NCBI GenBank assembly: GCA_018830885.1
Contig: JAHJRI010000073.1
Location: 180 to 64,179 of the forward strand
Reading direction: 5' to 3'
Origin: a bacterium
GTDB taxonomy: Bacteria; SAR324; XYD2-FULL-50-16
Length of the DNA stretch: 64,000 nt
In this document: one piece after another, positions 10,146 to 20,151 of the stretch
Position numbering within the stretch: the first letter of the stretch is position 1
How the letters are laid out: each line of letters opens with the position of its first letter
The notes under the pieces: generated by a model
What the model was told of the DNA's origin: nothing
The model's input: only the letters and a program-made list of their open reading frames with translations
Database searches by the model: none
Made by a program: the position numbers and the translations under genes

Positions 10146-10163
10146 ATTCGAAAACTTTCGAAT
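10146..10163. promoter_or_regulatory. Second TTCGAA-type inverted repeat between arsR and lon
   Basis: ATTCGAAA-ac-TTTCGAAT has perfect 8-nt arms. It shares the TTCGAA half-site core with the repeat at 9770-9791 and lies ~140 nt upstream of lon. Confidence 0.45.
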
Positions 10164-10304
10164 AATAGAACTTTTTGGTCAGACCAATTTTGGCAAAGAC
10201 TTTAGCGGCAACTGTCAACGGGATACTGATAGTCAATGGTAGAACGGATGATACCCGATGCAGCGTGATTGCATCATAAGTGCAGGGGATAATGAGAGGA
10301 AACT

Positions 10305-12689
10305 ATGTCAGATCAAGTTAATCCATCCGCAAGGATGATGGTTTTACCCTTTTCGGATACGGTCCTGTTACCGGGATTAAGAACGAAGATCAACGTCAAA
10401 CATGCTTTTGGACAGTCTCTGGCTCAGGATAATCCGGGCGAAAAACAGAGAATTATAGGACTGGGGCTGAAACGGAATTTTCAGGAAAACGACCTGGGTG
10501 CAGAAGACTTTTACAAGGTCGGGGTCTTGATTGAGGTCAATGCGGTGAACCGGGTGAACCGCACCTACCAGCTGAATGTCAATGTTCTGGAGCGGGTAGC
10601 GGTCAATTCCCTGGAAGTGGAAAAGGGCAAGGTCAGCGCCTGTTATGAGCCACTTCCGGATATTGACAATATTGAGGAAAAGGATCAGGCGGATATGCTG
10701 CGGTATATGAAATCCGTCACCCGTGACATGGGAGAACATATCTCCGGATCCGAGCCATATCTCAAAATTATTGAACAGTTTCAGCATATCAATGAGCTGA
10801 TAGGCTATGTGGGACAGTTTCTCAATATTTCAATTTCTGAGAAGCAGGAGTTGTTGGAAATGAGATCGCTGCGGGATAAGGGGCTGAAGTTTCTGGATCA
10901 TCTCATACAGCGCAAGGAGTCCATCAAGTTGCAGATCGAGATGGCCAAGAAGTTCAGTGAAAGCAGCAATAAGCATTATCGCCAGACACTCCTCAGGGAG
11001 CAGATGAAGGCGATCCAGGATGAACTCAACGAAGACGAGGGGGTCAGAAGCGGCAAAAAAGATCTGCGGCAGCAGATTGAAGACGCGCAGATGCCTGATG
11101 ATGTACTGGAAGTGGCCCTGGAGGAGCTGGAGAAACTGGAGAGTCAGAACCCCCAGAGTTCTGATGCCCATGTAAGCCGCAACTATCTGAATCTTCTGGT
11201 GGCATTGCCCTGGAAACCCGGTGAAAAAAAGGAGATCAAACTGGAAAAGGCCCGCAAGGTCCTGGATAATCAGCACTACGGCCTGAAAAAAGTCAAGGAT
11301 CGAATCATTCAACATCTGGCGGTTCTGAAACTGAAGCAGAACGGAAAAGGTTCCATACTGCTGCTGGTCGGCCCGCCGGGAACCGGCAAAACCAGCCTTG
11401 GCAGAAGTATTGCAGAGGCCCTGGACCGAAAATATGTGCGTATCAGCCTCGGTGGCGTCCGGGATGAAGCTGAAATCAGGGGACACCGCCGCACTTATGT
11501 GGGGGCGCTGCCGGGCAGGATTATCCAGGGGATGAAAAAAGCCGGGGAACGCAACCCTGTCTTTGTGCTGGATGAAGTGGACAAGGTGATGCCCGGATAT
11601 GGCGGTGATCCGGCAAGTGCGCTGCTGGAGGTATTCGACCCTGAGCAGAACAATTCGTTTTCCGACCACTACCTGGAGGTTCCTTATGATCTTTCAGAAG
11701 TCTTCTTTATCGCGACGGCCAACTCGATGGAGAGCATTCCCAAGCCTTTGCTGGACCGCATGGAGACCATCCAGATTTCGGGTTACACCGATACCGAGAA
11801 GTTTCATATTGGCAAAAACCACCTGATTCAATCGGTCCTCGAAGATCATGGACTGGATGATACCCAGCTGCAATTTACCGACGACGCGATGTCAGAGATC
11901 ATTAATCTTTACACCCGGGAGGCAGGTGTCCGGGAATTGAAACGGAAGATCGCCACCATTGCCCGTGTTGCTTCTGAGAAAATTGTCGAGGAGAGCGTGA
12001 CACTTCCCTATCTTGTGACCGAGGAGATGCTTTTTGATCTTCTGGGGGCCAAGCTGGTCCGACATGATGTGGCACAGGCCAATAATCCACCGGGTGTTGC
12101 CTCCGGACTGGCCTGGACACCGGTGGGTGGCGAGCTGCTGTTTATCGAATGCACCCATATGCCGGGGAAGGGACAGCTGAATCTGACCGGGCAGTTGGGG
12201 GATGTCATGAAAGAATCGGCCGAGATTTCACTGAGCCTGATCCGGTCCCGCCTCGCCCCGGGCAGCACCCTTTTCAAGTTTGACGAAAAGGATATCCACA
12301 TCCACGTGCCATCCGGGGCGGTACAGAAGGATGGGCCATCCGCCGGGGTGGCTATCTTCTCAGCCCTGGCATCTCTGTTCACCGGGCGGGTGATTGACGG
12401 GGCGCTGGCCATGACAGGCGAAATCACCCTGCGGGGGATGGTGTTGCCAGTCGGTGGTATCAAGGAGAAGATCATCGCCGCGCACAGGGCCGGTATTAAA
12501 AAGGTCGTTCTCCCCCTGGAAAACGAGAAGGATCTGGCCGATGTGCCGGATGAGATCAAGGAGGAACTCAGCTTTGTCTTTGCTGAAACCATTGAGGATA
12601 TCCTCAGGGAAGCCCTCTCGATCGAACTGCCGAAACCGGAAGTCCTTTTTGCGGCGAATGGTTTCCAGGTGGAAAAGCAGCTCCACTGA
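10305..12689 (+). CDS. lon: ATP-dependent Lon protease (endopeptidase La)
   Basis: 794 aa with an N-terminal LON domain, Walker A GPPGTGKTS, protease catalytic Ser in KDGPSAG, and the Lys region GGIKEKIIAAHRAG. Confidence 0.92.
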   Translation: MSDQVNPSARMMVLPFSDTVLLPGLRTKINVKHAFGQSLAQDNPGEKQRIIGLGLKRNFQENDLGAEDFYKVGVLIEVNAVNRVNRTYQLNVNVLERVAVNSLEVEKGKVSACYEPLPDIDNIEEKDQADMLRYMKSVTRDMGEHISGSEPYLKIIEQFQHINELIGYVGQFLNISISEKQELLEMRSLRDKGLKFLDHLIQRKESIKLQIEMAKKFSESSNKHYRQTLLREQMKAIQDELNEDEGVRSGKKDLRQQIEDAQMPDDVLEVALEELEKLESQNPQSSDAHVSRNYLNLLVALPWKPGEKKEIKLEKARKVLDNQHYGLKKVKDRIIQHLAVLKLKQNGKGSILLLVGPPGTGKTSLGRSIAEALDRKYVRISLGGVRDEAEIRGHRRTYVGALPGRIIQGMKKAGERNPVFVLDEVDKVMPGYGGDPASALLEVFDPEQNNSFSDHYLEVPYDLSEVFFIATANSMESIPKPLLDRMETIQISGYTDTEKFHIGKNHLIQSVLEDHGLDDTQLQFTDDAMSEIINLYTREAGVRELKRKIATIARVASEKIVEESVTLPYLVTEEMLFDLLGAKLVRHDVAQANNPPGVASGLAWTPVGGELLFIECTHMPGKGQLNLTGQLGDVMKESAEISLSLIRSRLAPGSTLFKFDEKDIHIHVPSGAVQKDGPSAGVAIFSALASLFTGRVIDGALAMTGEITLRGMVLPVGGIKEKIIAAHRAGIKKVVLPLENEKDLADVPDEIKEELSFVFAETIEDILREALSIELPKPEVLFAANGFQVEKQLH

Positions 12690-12716
12690 ACGCACCGGTA
12701 GGCATTCAACCCGGGC

Positions 12717-12744
12717 GAAGAACCTGCCGGGACCGGCAGGTTCT
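12717..12744 (+). terminator. Hairpin downstream of lon (terminator-like)
   Basis: Perfect 13-bp stem AAGAACCTGCCGG / CCGGCAGGTTCTT with a 2-nt loop, 28 nt after the lon stop. The T-tract that follows is weak. Confidence 0.5.
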
Positions 12745-12867
12745 TTGCCCGGTTCTTCCCGCTCCACCGACCCTCGAGATTGACCAAATCTGCACAAAAA
12801 GATACAAAGGACAGAATTTGTTGACACAGGGACATCTCAAACCCACTCCACCCAACCAGGAGAAAAC

Positions 12868-13710
12868 ATGGTTAAAACGAACCGTCTGGCTGAGAGACTG
12901 GTCTTTCCCGAAGGTCCACGCTGGCATGACGGAAGATTGTGGTTTTCGGACATGAATGCGCAGCAGGTGATGACGCTGGATCTCTCCGGGAAGCTGGAAA
13001 CCGTTGTCACCGTGCGGGGGAATCCCTCCGGTCTGGGTTGGACACCCCAGGGGGAGTTGCTGGTTGTCTCCATGGTCGATCGCAGACTTCTCAAACTGGC
13101 GCCGGAAGGTCTGCAGGAGGTCGCCAATCTCTGGGACCTGGCCACTTATCACTGCAATGACATGGTGGTGGATACCCTGGGTCGGGCCTATATCGGAAAC
13201 TTCGGTTTCGATCTGAATACCGGCGAGGCGATCCGGCCCGCCGAGATTGTTATGGTTTCCCCGGATGGCGAGGCCCGTGTCGTGGCTGACAATCTTCTGT
13301 TTCCCAATGGGATGGTGATCACCCCCGACGGGAAAACGCTGATTGTGGGCGAGACCTATGGATCCTGCCTGACAGCCTTTGCGATTGAAGCAGATGGGTC
13401 GTTAAGCAGGCGACGCCTGTGGGCGGCAATGAAAGGTGCTGTTCCGGACGGGATCTGCCTGGATGCGGCAGGTGGTATCTGGGTGGCATCACCAGTATCG
13501 TCCGAGGTACTGCGAATAGTTGAAGGAGGAGACGTCACCGACAGGATTTCCATGCCCGCATCGACCTATGCCTGCATGCTGGGTGGGAATGATGGTCGGA
13601 CACTCTTTATCCTGACTTCCGAACCCCCCGATCCCTTTGAAGGAAGAAACTGGCATGGCGGTTGTATTGATACCGTACAGGTGGATATTCCCCATGCGGG
13701 TCTGCCTTGA
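12868..13710 (+). CDS. SMP-30/gluconolactonase/LRE-family protein
   Basis: 280 aa with beta-propeller-type repeats (EGPRWHDGRLWFSD, NDMVVDTLGRAYIGNFG, FPNGMVITPDGKTLIV, PDGICLDAAGGIWVA). Confidence 0.75.
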   Translation: MVKTNRLAERLVFPEGPRWHDGRLWFSDMNAQQVMTLDLSGKLETVVTVRGNPSGLGWTPQGELLVVSMVDRRLLKLAPEGLQEVANLWDLATYHCNDMVVDTLGRAYIGNFGFDLNTGEAIRPAEIVMVSPDGEARVVADNLLFPNGMVITPDGKTLIVGETYGSCLTAFAIEADGSLSRRRLWAAMKGAVPDGICLDAAGGIWVASPVSSEVLRIVEGGDVTDRISMPASTYACMLGGNDGRTLFILTSEPPDPFEGRNWHGGCIDTVQVDIPHAGLP

Positions 13711-13715
13711 TTGAA

Positions 13716-13882
13716 GGACACCTTGATTAACTAAAATTATCGAGTTTACTGCACCAAAGGGTTGATCTTTCAAGAAACGCACGAGTCCATCCATGGAGCT
13801 CCTGGAAGCCATCCATGGCTTCCAAGGTTCTTGAAACATCAACCCTTTGATGCTTACTGGGTTCCAGTCAATCAAGGTGCCC
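13716..13882. repeat. Family-A palindromic TIR element (full length)
   Basis: 167 bp. Nested inverted repeats: CACCTTGATT/AATCAAGGTG, CAAAGGGTTGAT/ATCAACCCTTTG and TTTCAAGAA/TTCTTGAAA, around a core containing GGAGCTCC. By eye it is largely identical (with a few indels) to 37580-37750. Confidence 0.85.
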
Positions 13883-13970
13883 TGAATTGAACCGGGAAAA
13901 AATCAAGTTGCAGACCGTCTATGAAACCCATCTATTTTATCTTCCAATTCTCTGTTGTTAAGGCCTGACC

Positions 13971-16900
13971 ATGGAAAACACCCGCATCCTCATCGTGGAA
14001 GATGATCCCGGTATTGCTGCAGAGATTCAAGGACAATTGAAGAATCTGGACTATCAAACCGTCTCGATTGTTGACTCCAGCGAAAAAGCGATCCATGCCG
14101 CTGAACTGGAAAAGCCGGATATCATCCTCATGAATCCCCGGATTGAGGGCACGCTGAAAGGCATTGAAACCGCTGGTATCATCCGCTCCCGCTGCAGGAT
14201 TCCCACGATTTTCCTGACAGCTCCTGCAGATGAAGAATATCTTGCAGAGACCCGGCTGAGTCACCCCTTCGGGTGCCTGACCCGGCCCTTGCGGGAACGG
14301 GATTTGAGGGTGACACTGGACATGGCATTATATGTCACAAAAGTGGACAGGGAAAGGGAACAGGCGGAGGAACGCTTCAAGACGTTCTTCCGGGCCATTA
14401 GCGATGCCGTTTTTGTTCATCCGTTTAAAAAAGAGGGGTTTGCACCGTTTATCGAGGTCAACGACATTGCCTGCCGCCGATACGGGTATACGAGGGATGA
14501 ATTTCTCAAATTAACTCCTGAGGATATTACCCGGAAAGAAGATGTCGAGACACACAAGTCCTCCGGTCATCTTAAACTGCTGCATCAGTTGGGGAATTTG
14601 ATATTCGAAACCACCCATCAAAAGAAGTCGGGTGAGAGCTTTCCGGTTGAAATCAACGCGAACATTGTGGAGAGGAACGGACAACTCCTGATTATCGCAG
14701 TTGTGCGTGATATTTCTGAACGCAGACGGGCCGAAGAGCGGCTGCGGCACAGCGATCAAAAATACAGGGATATCGCAAATCTCCTGCCCCAGGTTGTTTT
14801 TGAGACAGACGAAAACGGGCAGATGACGTTTGCCAATCGCTTTGCGTTTGATCTTTTCCAGTACACCCAATCCGATTTTGAAAATGGAATCAATGCTCTG
14901 CAACTGGTTGTCCCTGAGGAACAGGAAAAAGCCCTGTTGAATATCGCGCGGGTTCATGCTGGAGAAACCATGGGGGGTATTGAATATACCCTGCAGAAAA
15001 AGGATGGCACCCGGTTTCCTGTTATTCTGCATTCAACGCGAATTATCCGCGACGGCAAGCTTGCCGGCATGCGGGGCATTGTCATTGACATCACCTCCCG
15101 TAAGCTGGCTGAAAGAGAACTTCAAACCAGTATCAAGAAATATCGTCAGATTTTTGAAAATGCACTGACACCCTATTATGAAGCCACTGTTGACGGGATA
15201 CTGCTGGATATCAGTCCATCGGTTGAAAAGTACATAAAATACAAAAGGGAAGAGCTTATCGGGATACGCATCCTGGATCTGTACGCGAATCCTGATCAAC
15301 GGGACATCTTCATGCAGAAACTTGCTGCAGAAGGGGAGATTTATGATCAGGAACTCGACCTGCTGGACAGGGATGGAACCATCATCAACACCATGTTCTG
15401 TGCCAAATTAATCCCCGGCGAAAACAAGATTGTGGGCTCGATGCTGGATATGACCGAAAGGAAGAAAGCTGCACAGGCACTTCATGATTCTCAGCATCGA
15501 TTGGCAATGCATATTCAACTGACGCCCATGGGGGTCATCGAATTCGACAACGCGTTTATCATAAAAGCCTGGAATCCGGCCGCTGAGAAGATCTTCGGCT
15601 ATTCCCGGGAAGAAGCGCTTGGAAGAGATACGTTTGATATTATTGTTCCTGATTACGAAACTGATAGGGTTAAAAAGGTGCATCAATGGGAAAACCCCGA
15701 AGTATCGGAACATGTCAATGACAATAAGACCAAAGACGGACGAACGATTACCTGCCGGTGGTTTAATACCCCCATGCTGGATCTGGATGGACGGGTTGTC
15801 GGACTGACAGCTGTTTGTGAGGATATTACAGATCAGATAAAAGCGGAGCAGGCGCTGGAAAAAAGGATCTTAGCGTTAACACAGCCAGTTGAGGACACCA
15901 GTAATATTCTTTTTGAGGATCTGTTTAATCCAGCCGATATCCAGCAGCTGCAGGATGATTTTGCCAGGGCCACAGGTGTGTCCTCAATTATCACCCAACC
16001 AGACGGGACCCCCATCACCGCGCCCAGCAATTTCTCCAGATTGTGCAATGACATTATTCGCAGGACAGAGTCGGGGCGGATCAATTGTTTTGAAGCCAAT
16101 GCCCTTCTGGCAAAACAGGATACGGATGGGCCAGTCAATGGGCTTTGCCCGAATTGTGGGCTGATGTGTACCGGGACGAAAATTTCCATGGCGGGGAAAC
16201 ATATCGCCAGCTGGCTGATCGGTCAGGTCCGGGACGAAACCCGGAATGCGGAACAGATCCGTGCATACGCCCGCGAACTTGGGGTGGACCAGGATGAGGC
16301 GGAGGTTGCATTCTACGAAGTGCCGGCGATGTCGCAGGTTCAATTTGCAAAGGTGACCCGGGCACTTTTCACCCTTGCCAGTCAAATAGCGACCATCGCT
16401 TTCCAGAACATGCAGCAGGCCCGATTTATAACCGATCGGAAAGTGGCCGAGGCAGCCCTGAAAGACAGCGAGGAGAAATACCGCAATGTGGTCCAGAATG
16501 CGGTTGAAGCTATCTGTGTGATACAGGCGGGCATGTTTAAATACGTGAATCCTCAGGCGATCAAGCTTTATGGCTATACCGCAGAAGAGTTGGAACAACT
16601 GCCAGTAGCGGACACGATCCATCCGGAAGATAAAGATCTGGTTGCGATGCGGCGTCAGCAAAGAGAGAGGGGCGAATATGCACCGAGAATCTATTCCCAC
16701 CGGATTGTCACCAGGGATGGGCGTATTCGCTGGGTTGATAACAAAGCGGTTACCTTTACCTGGGAAAACCGTCCTGCCCTGCTGCTTTTTCTGACAGATA
16801 TCACCGAGCGCAAGCGGTCCAGAGAACTGATGATCCAGACGGAAAAAATGATGTCTGTGGGTGGTCTGGCAGCCGGCATGGCCCATGAACTCAACAACCC

Positions 16901-17621
16901 GCTTGGCGGCATCCTGCAGGGGGCACAGAACGTTCTGCGCCGTTTATCCCCGGATCTGAAAGCAAACCTCGAACCTGCAAAAAAGGCCGGGATTGATCTT
17001 CAACAATTGCAGCTGTATCTGGCTGAAAGAGGAATTGTTTCTTCCTTGCATGGCATACAGGAATCCGGTAAAAAAGCATCCCAAATCATTTCAAATATGA
17101 TGCAGTTTGCCCGCAAAAGCGAAACAAGGATGGCCCTAACCGATTTATCGACATTGGTGGAAAATGTCCTGGAACTGGCTGGAAAGGACTACAATTTCAA
17201 ACATCAGGTTGATTTCAGGAACATTGCCATTCAGAAGGAGTTCAGTCCCGATCTGCCGCTGATTCCCTGTTCCGAAACCGAAATAGAGCAGGTGCTGCTC
17301 AATCTTCTCAACAACGCGACCTGGGCGATGGTCAGGGCGGATAACAGCAGATTACCTCAAATTACATTGCGGATTGCGCTTGAAAACGATATGGCCCGTA
17401 TTGAGGTTGAAGATACAGGTCCAGGCATGAATGAGGAGACCCGCAGGCAGGTTTTTCAACCCTTTTTCACGACAAAACCGGTCGGTGAAGGAACCGGTCT
17501 GGGTCTTTCCGTTTCATACATGATAATCACCAATAACCATAAGGGAACCATTGAAGTCGAATCGGAATTGGGAAAAGGCACCCGATTCATCATCCGTCTG
17601 CCACTCGTGGCCGACCGCTGA
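13971..17621 (+). CDS. Hybrid sensor: REC + multiple PAS + PocR-like domain + histidine kinase
   Basis: 1216 aa. N-terminal receiver (ILIVEDDPGI), several PAS repeats ending in ERK/ERRRAEE linkers, a PocR-like Cys-containing segment (FSRLCNDIIRRTESGRINCFEAN...CPNCGLMC), H-box HELNNPLGG, N-box NLLNNATWA, and G-boxes DTGPGM and GTGLGLS. Confidence 0.85.
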   Translation: MENTRILIVEDDPGIAAEIQGQLKNLDYQTVSIVDSSEKAIHAAELEKPDIILMNPRIEGTLKGIETAGIIRSRCRIPTIFLTAPADEEYLAETRLSHPFGCLTRPLRERDLRVTLDMALYVTKVDREREQAEERFKTFFRAISDAVFVHPFKKEGFAPFIEVNDIACRRYGYTRDEFLKLTPEDITRKEDVETHKSSGHLKLLHQLGNLIFETTHQKKSGESFPVEINANIVERNGQLLIIAVVRDISERRRAEERLRHSDQKYRDIANLLPQVVFETDENGQMTFANRFAFDLFQYTQSDFENGINALQLVVPEEQEKALLNIARVHAGETMGGIEYTLQKKDGTRFPVILHSTRIIRDGKLAGMRGIVIDITSRKLAERELQTSIKKYRQIFENALTPYYEATVDGILLDISPSVEKYIKYKREELIGIRILDLYANPDQRDIFMQKLAAEGEIYDQELDLLDRDGTIINTMFCAKLIPGENKIVGSMLDMTERKKAAQALHDSQHRLAMHIQLTPMGVIEFDNAFIIKAWNPAAEKIFGYSREEALGRDTFDIIVPDYETDRVKKVHQWENPEVSEHVNDNKTKDGRTITCRWFNTPMLDLDGRVVGLTAVCEDITDQIKAEQALEKRILALTQPVEDTSNILFEDLFNPADIQQLQDDFARATGVSSIITQPDGTPITAPSNFSRLCNDIIRRTESGRINCFEANALLAKQDTDGPVNGLCPNCGLMCTGTKISMAGKHIASWLIGQVRDETRNAEQIRAYARELGVDQDEAEVAFYEVPAMSQVQFAKVTRALFTLASQIATIAFQNMQQARFITDRKVAEAALKDSEEKYRNVVQNAVEAICVIQAGMFKYVNPQAIKLYGYTAEELEQLPVADTIHPEDKDLVAMRRQQRERGEYAPRIYSHRIVTRDGRIRWVDNKAVTFTWENRPALLLFLTDITERKRSRELMIQTEKMMSVGGLAAGMAHELNNPLGGILQGAQNVLRRLSPDLKANLEPAKKAGIDLQQLQLYLAERGIVSSLHGIQESGKKASQIISNMMQFARKSETRMALTDLSTLVENVLELAGKDYNFKHQVDFRNIAIQKEFSPDLPLIPCSETEIEQVLLNLLNNATWAMVRADNSRLPQITLRIALENDMARIEVEDTGPGMNEETRRQVFQPFFTTKPVGEGTGLGLSVSYMIITNNHKGTIEVESELGKGTRFIIRLPLVADR

Positions 17622-17725
17622 CAACAGAACCTCCGGAGACGCGAACCCTGGCATCCGGCAATCGGCCGAAGGAAGCCTGACGGAATGGAAATCTAGCAGA
17701 ACCGGTCGGTATAAAGAGAGGGGAT

Positions 17726-18439
17726 CTACTTCCCGAATACGAGGTATCCGCCCACATGTCCGAGGGTTGCCAGCATGAACAGACCGGCACCCATGAGGAT
17801 GAAATAGGCTATTGCTGCCAGAATGGCAAGCAGGCTGTCGAAGCTGATGATCCCCGCGTTAAAAACCACCAGATGCAAAGCGACAGTACCCACGCCCACG
17901 ATCAGAAAAATACCGGAAAGCAGGATTTTCAACGTAATCACTCTGTAGGAACGTCCCCCGTACCGGGATTTCCAATCCAATACCCCGGTGAGAAAAGTCA
18001 GTGCCGATGATACCACGGCGATACTCAACATGATCAGTGTAACATTGCCGACAATGGGAGAGATATTGGCGAAAAAGGGACTGTTGGCCGCATTCAGTCC
18101 GGCAAAACTGCCGTAAAGGGACAACAGCAGCAGAAAGCCGGCACCCAGCAGCGCAAAGGGAAACAGACCGATGGGCAGATGGGTCGCCATAGGGTGGAGT
18201 CTTGTTTTCGGTTGAGCACGGTTGATCTCGACATCGTTGACCACGGGGACGAAATGGCCGTATGTTTCATAGAGTTCGATCACAACACTGCATAATGGAC
18301 AAACGAGACATCCGTTTTCGTCGGTATCGTGCTGGGAAAGTTCCAGGTGGCAGACAGGGCAGTAAAAGGTCTTTCCGTAAAGGGGCTTTTTGAAGAGGTT
18401 TACGAATCGGTCCACCAGTTTCATGATATCACTAAGCAT
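17726..18439 (-). CDS. Zn-ribbon + DUF2231-like integral membrane protein
   Basis: 237 aa with an N-terminal CPVC...CPLC ribbon, then HPMATHLPIGLFPF and a C-terminal LGHVGGYLVFGK, resembling the DUF2231 signature. About 5 TM helices. Confidence 0.5.
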   Translation of the reverse strand: MLSDIMKLVDRFVNLFKKPLYGKTFYCPVCHLELSQHDTDENGCLVCPLCSVVIELYETYGHFVPVVNDVEINRAQPKTRLHPMATHLPIGLFPFALLGAGFLLLLSLYGSFAGLNAANSPFFANISPIVGNVTLIMLSIAVVSSALTFLTGVLDWKSRYGGRSYRVITLKILLSGIFLIVGVGTVALHLVVFNAGIISFDSLLAILAAIAYFILMGAGLFMLATLGHVGGYLVFGK

Positions 18440-18464
18440 AATATTATCCTTTATCTTCAGCTGG

Positions 18465-19601
18465 TTAATGAACTTCCCGGGTGCGCATCAGTTTTCCGAC
18501 GATAATCATCTTCTGGATTTCGGAAGCCCCTTCGTAAATCTGGTATATTTTGGCATCCCGCATCAGTTTTTCAGCCGGCATCTCATTGGTGTATCCATAG
18601 CCACCAAGGATCTGGCAGCAATCAACAGTGGCCCACATGGCCACTTCAGCCGCGTACCATTTGGCCTGGGCGGCCTGCCGGGCGTTGTCCTGTTTCTGAT
18701 CAAACAGGTCGGCTGACAAGTAGGTCATATAGCGGGCCGCATCCAGCTTGGTCATCATTTCCGCCAGTTTGAACGAGATCCCCTGGTATGAAATCAGTTT
18801 TTTGTCAAACGTGCGACGTGCCTTGGCGTAGGTCAGGGCGATGTTCAATGCCGCCTTGGTAATCCCGTTGGATCCGGAGGCAATGCCGGGTCGGGTGTGA
18901 TCAAAGGTTTTCATGGCGATTTTGAAACCGTCTCCTTCTTCTCCCAAACGATACTCCTGGGGAACCTTGACATCCTCAAAGGTCACACGGATGGTATTGG
19001 AGGCATGCTGACCCAGGTTATGCTCCTTCATCCCCCGAATGATACCCTCCGTATCGGCGGGGACAATAAAACCGGTAGCTCTGTCCTCTACCCGGGCCAG
19101 CACAAAATACCAGCTGGCCACGGATCCGCAGGTAATCCACCATTTGACACCGTTGATGACATAGTCGTTCCCCACTTTCTGTGCGGTCGTTTTGATCCGG
19201 GAAACATCAGACCCCGCTTCCGGTTCAGTCACACAATAAGCGGAAAACATGAGTTCCTGGGTCATGGGCTCAAGGAATTTTTTCTTCTGAAAATCGTTGC
19301 CGGCAAAGATCACCGGATACTGGGAAAGTCCGTTGGAACCCAGAGCTGTTCCAATCCCGGAGCACCCCGTGCAGATCTCCTCCATAATCAGGCAGTGATC
19401 CAGGACACACGTTTCTTCGCCGCCGTATTCCTTGGGGATGTGCGGGTTCATGAAATTCAGGTTGAAGGCCTCCTGACAGATATCCCTGGGAAATTCCCCG
19501 GAGCGATCATATTTTACAGCATTTGGGGACACCCACTCTTTGGTGAATGCACGGGCTTTGTCGACATTTTCCTGTTGTTTCTTGGTTAAGCTGAATTCCA
19601 T
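18465..19601 (-). CDS. Acyl-CoA dehydrogenase
   Basis: 378 aa with typical ACAD segments (YCVTEPEAGSD, GVKWWITCG, ILGGYGYTNEMPAEKLMRDAKIYQIYEGASEIQ). Confidence 0.88.
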   Translation of the reverse strand: MEFSLTKKQQENVDKARAFTKEWVSPNAVKYDRSGEFPRDICQEAFNLNFMNPHIPKEYGGEETCVLDHCLIMEEICTGCSGIGTALGSNGLSQYPVIFAGNDFQKKKFLEPMTQELMFSAYCVTEPEAGSDVSRIKTTAQKVGNDYVINGVKWWITCGSVASWYFVLARVEDRATGFIVPADTEGIIRGMKEHNLGQHASNTIRVTFEDVKVPQEYRLGEEGDGFKIAMKTFDHTRPGIASGSNGITKAALNIALTYAKARRTFDKKLISYQGISFKLAEMMTKLDAARYMTYLSADLFDQKQDNARQAAQAKWYAAEVAMWATVDCCQILGGYGYTNEMPAEKLMRDAKIYQIYEGASEIQKMIIVGKLMRTREVH

Positions 19602-19602
19602 G

Positions 19603-20151
19603 TTATCTCTCCGTTAACAAATCCATATATTTAGGCGCTTCTTTTTTCAGTTCACCGGCGGTTACGAGAATATCAATCGGATCTTTCCGAAACAGGTCCG
19701 GCTCGTAAGATGTTTTTTCCAGTGATTGGCGGCCCATCGTGATTCTTAAACCGTATTTACACAACAAAAATGAAACAATATTGTTTCCAACAACAATCAA
19801 TATCCCCGTCAGTGATAACACCGGTTCCTGAAGACCACCGGCATTGAGCATGATCAGTTCGGCGGCCAGCATCATGATAAAGAGTACCGAAAGTGTGAGC
19901 TTGATCTTATGCGTGGGATGCCATTTTATATAGACGTGACCCCTTTCAAAAACCCCTGACAGACATGCCGGCAATGCTGTTAAAAACATGAGGATGACTG
20001 AAAACACCACCAGAAAGCGCCAGGTTGGACCGTCAAAGGATAAAAAGGTCACCTCCTGTTTCAAAAACAGGTAGGCTATTGCTGCCAGAGGGGCCAGAGC
20101 GGCAATAGAGTGGACCATCATCGAGTGTAAATGGATTTTCTGTCTGTTCAT
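19603..20151 (-). CDS. DUF2231-like membrane protein
   Basis: 182 aa with 4 predicted TM helices. His-containing first helix (HLHSMMVHSIAALAPL) and WHPTH. Its stop is 1 nt from the ACAD start. Confidence 0.45.
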   Translation of the reverse strand: MNRQKIHLHSMMVHSIAALAPLAAIAYLFLKQEVTFLSFDGPTWRFLVVFSVILMFLTALPACLSGVFERGHVYIKWHPTHKIKLTLSVLFIMMLAAELIMLNAGGLQEPVLSLTGILIVVGNNIVSFLLCKYGLRITMGRQSLEKTSYEPDLFRKDPIDILVTAGELKKEAPKYMDLLTER

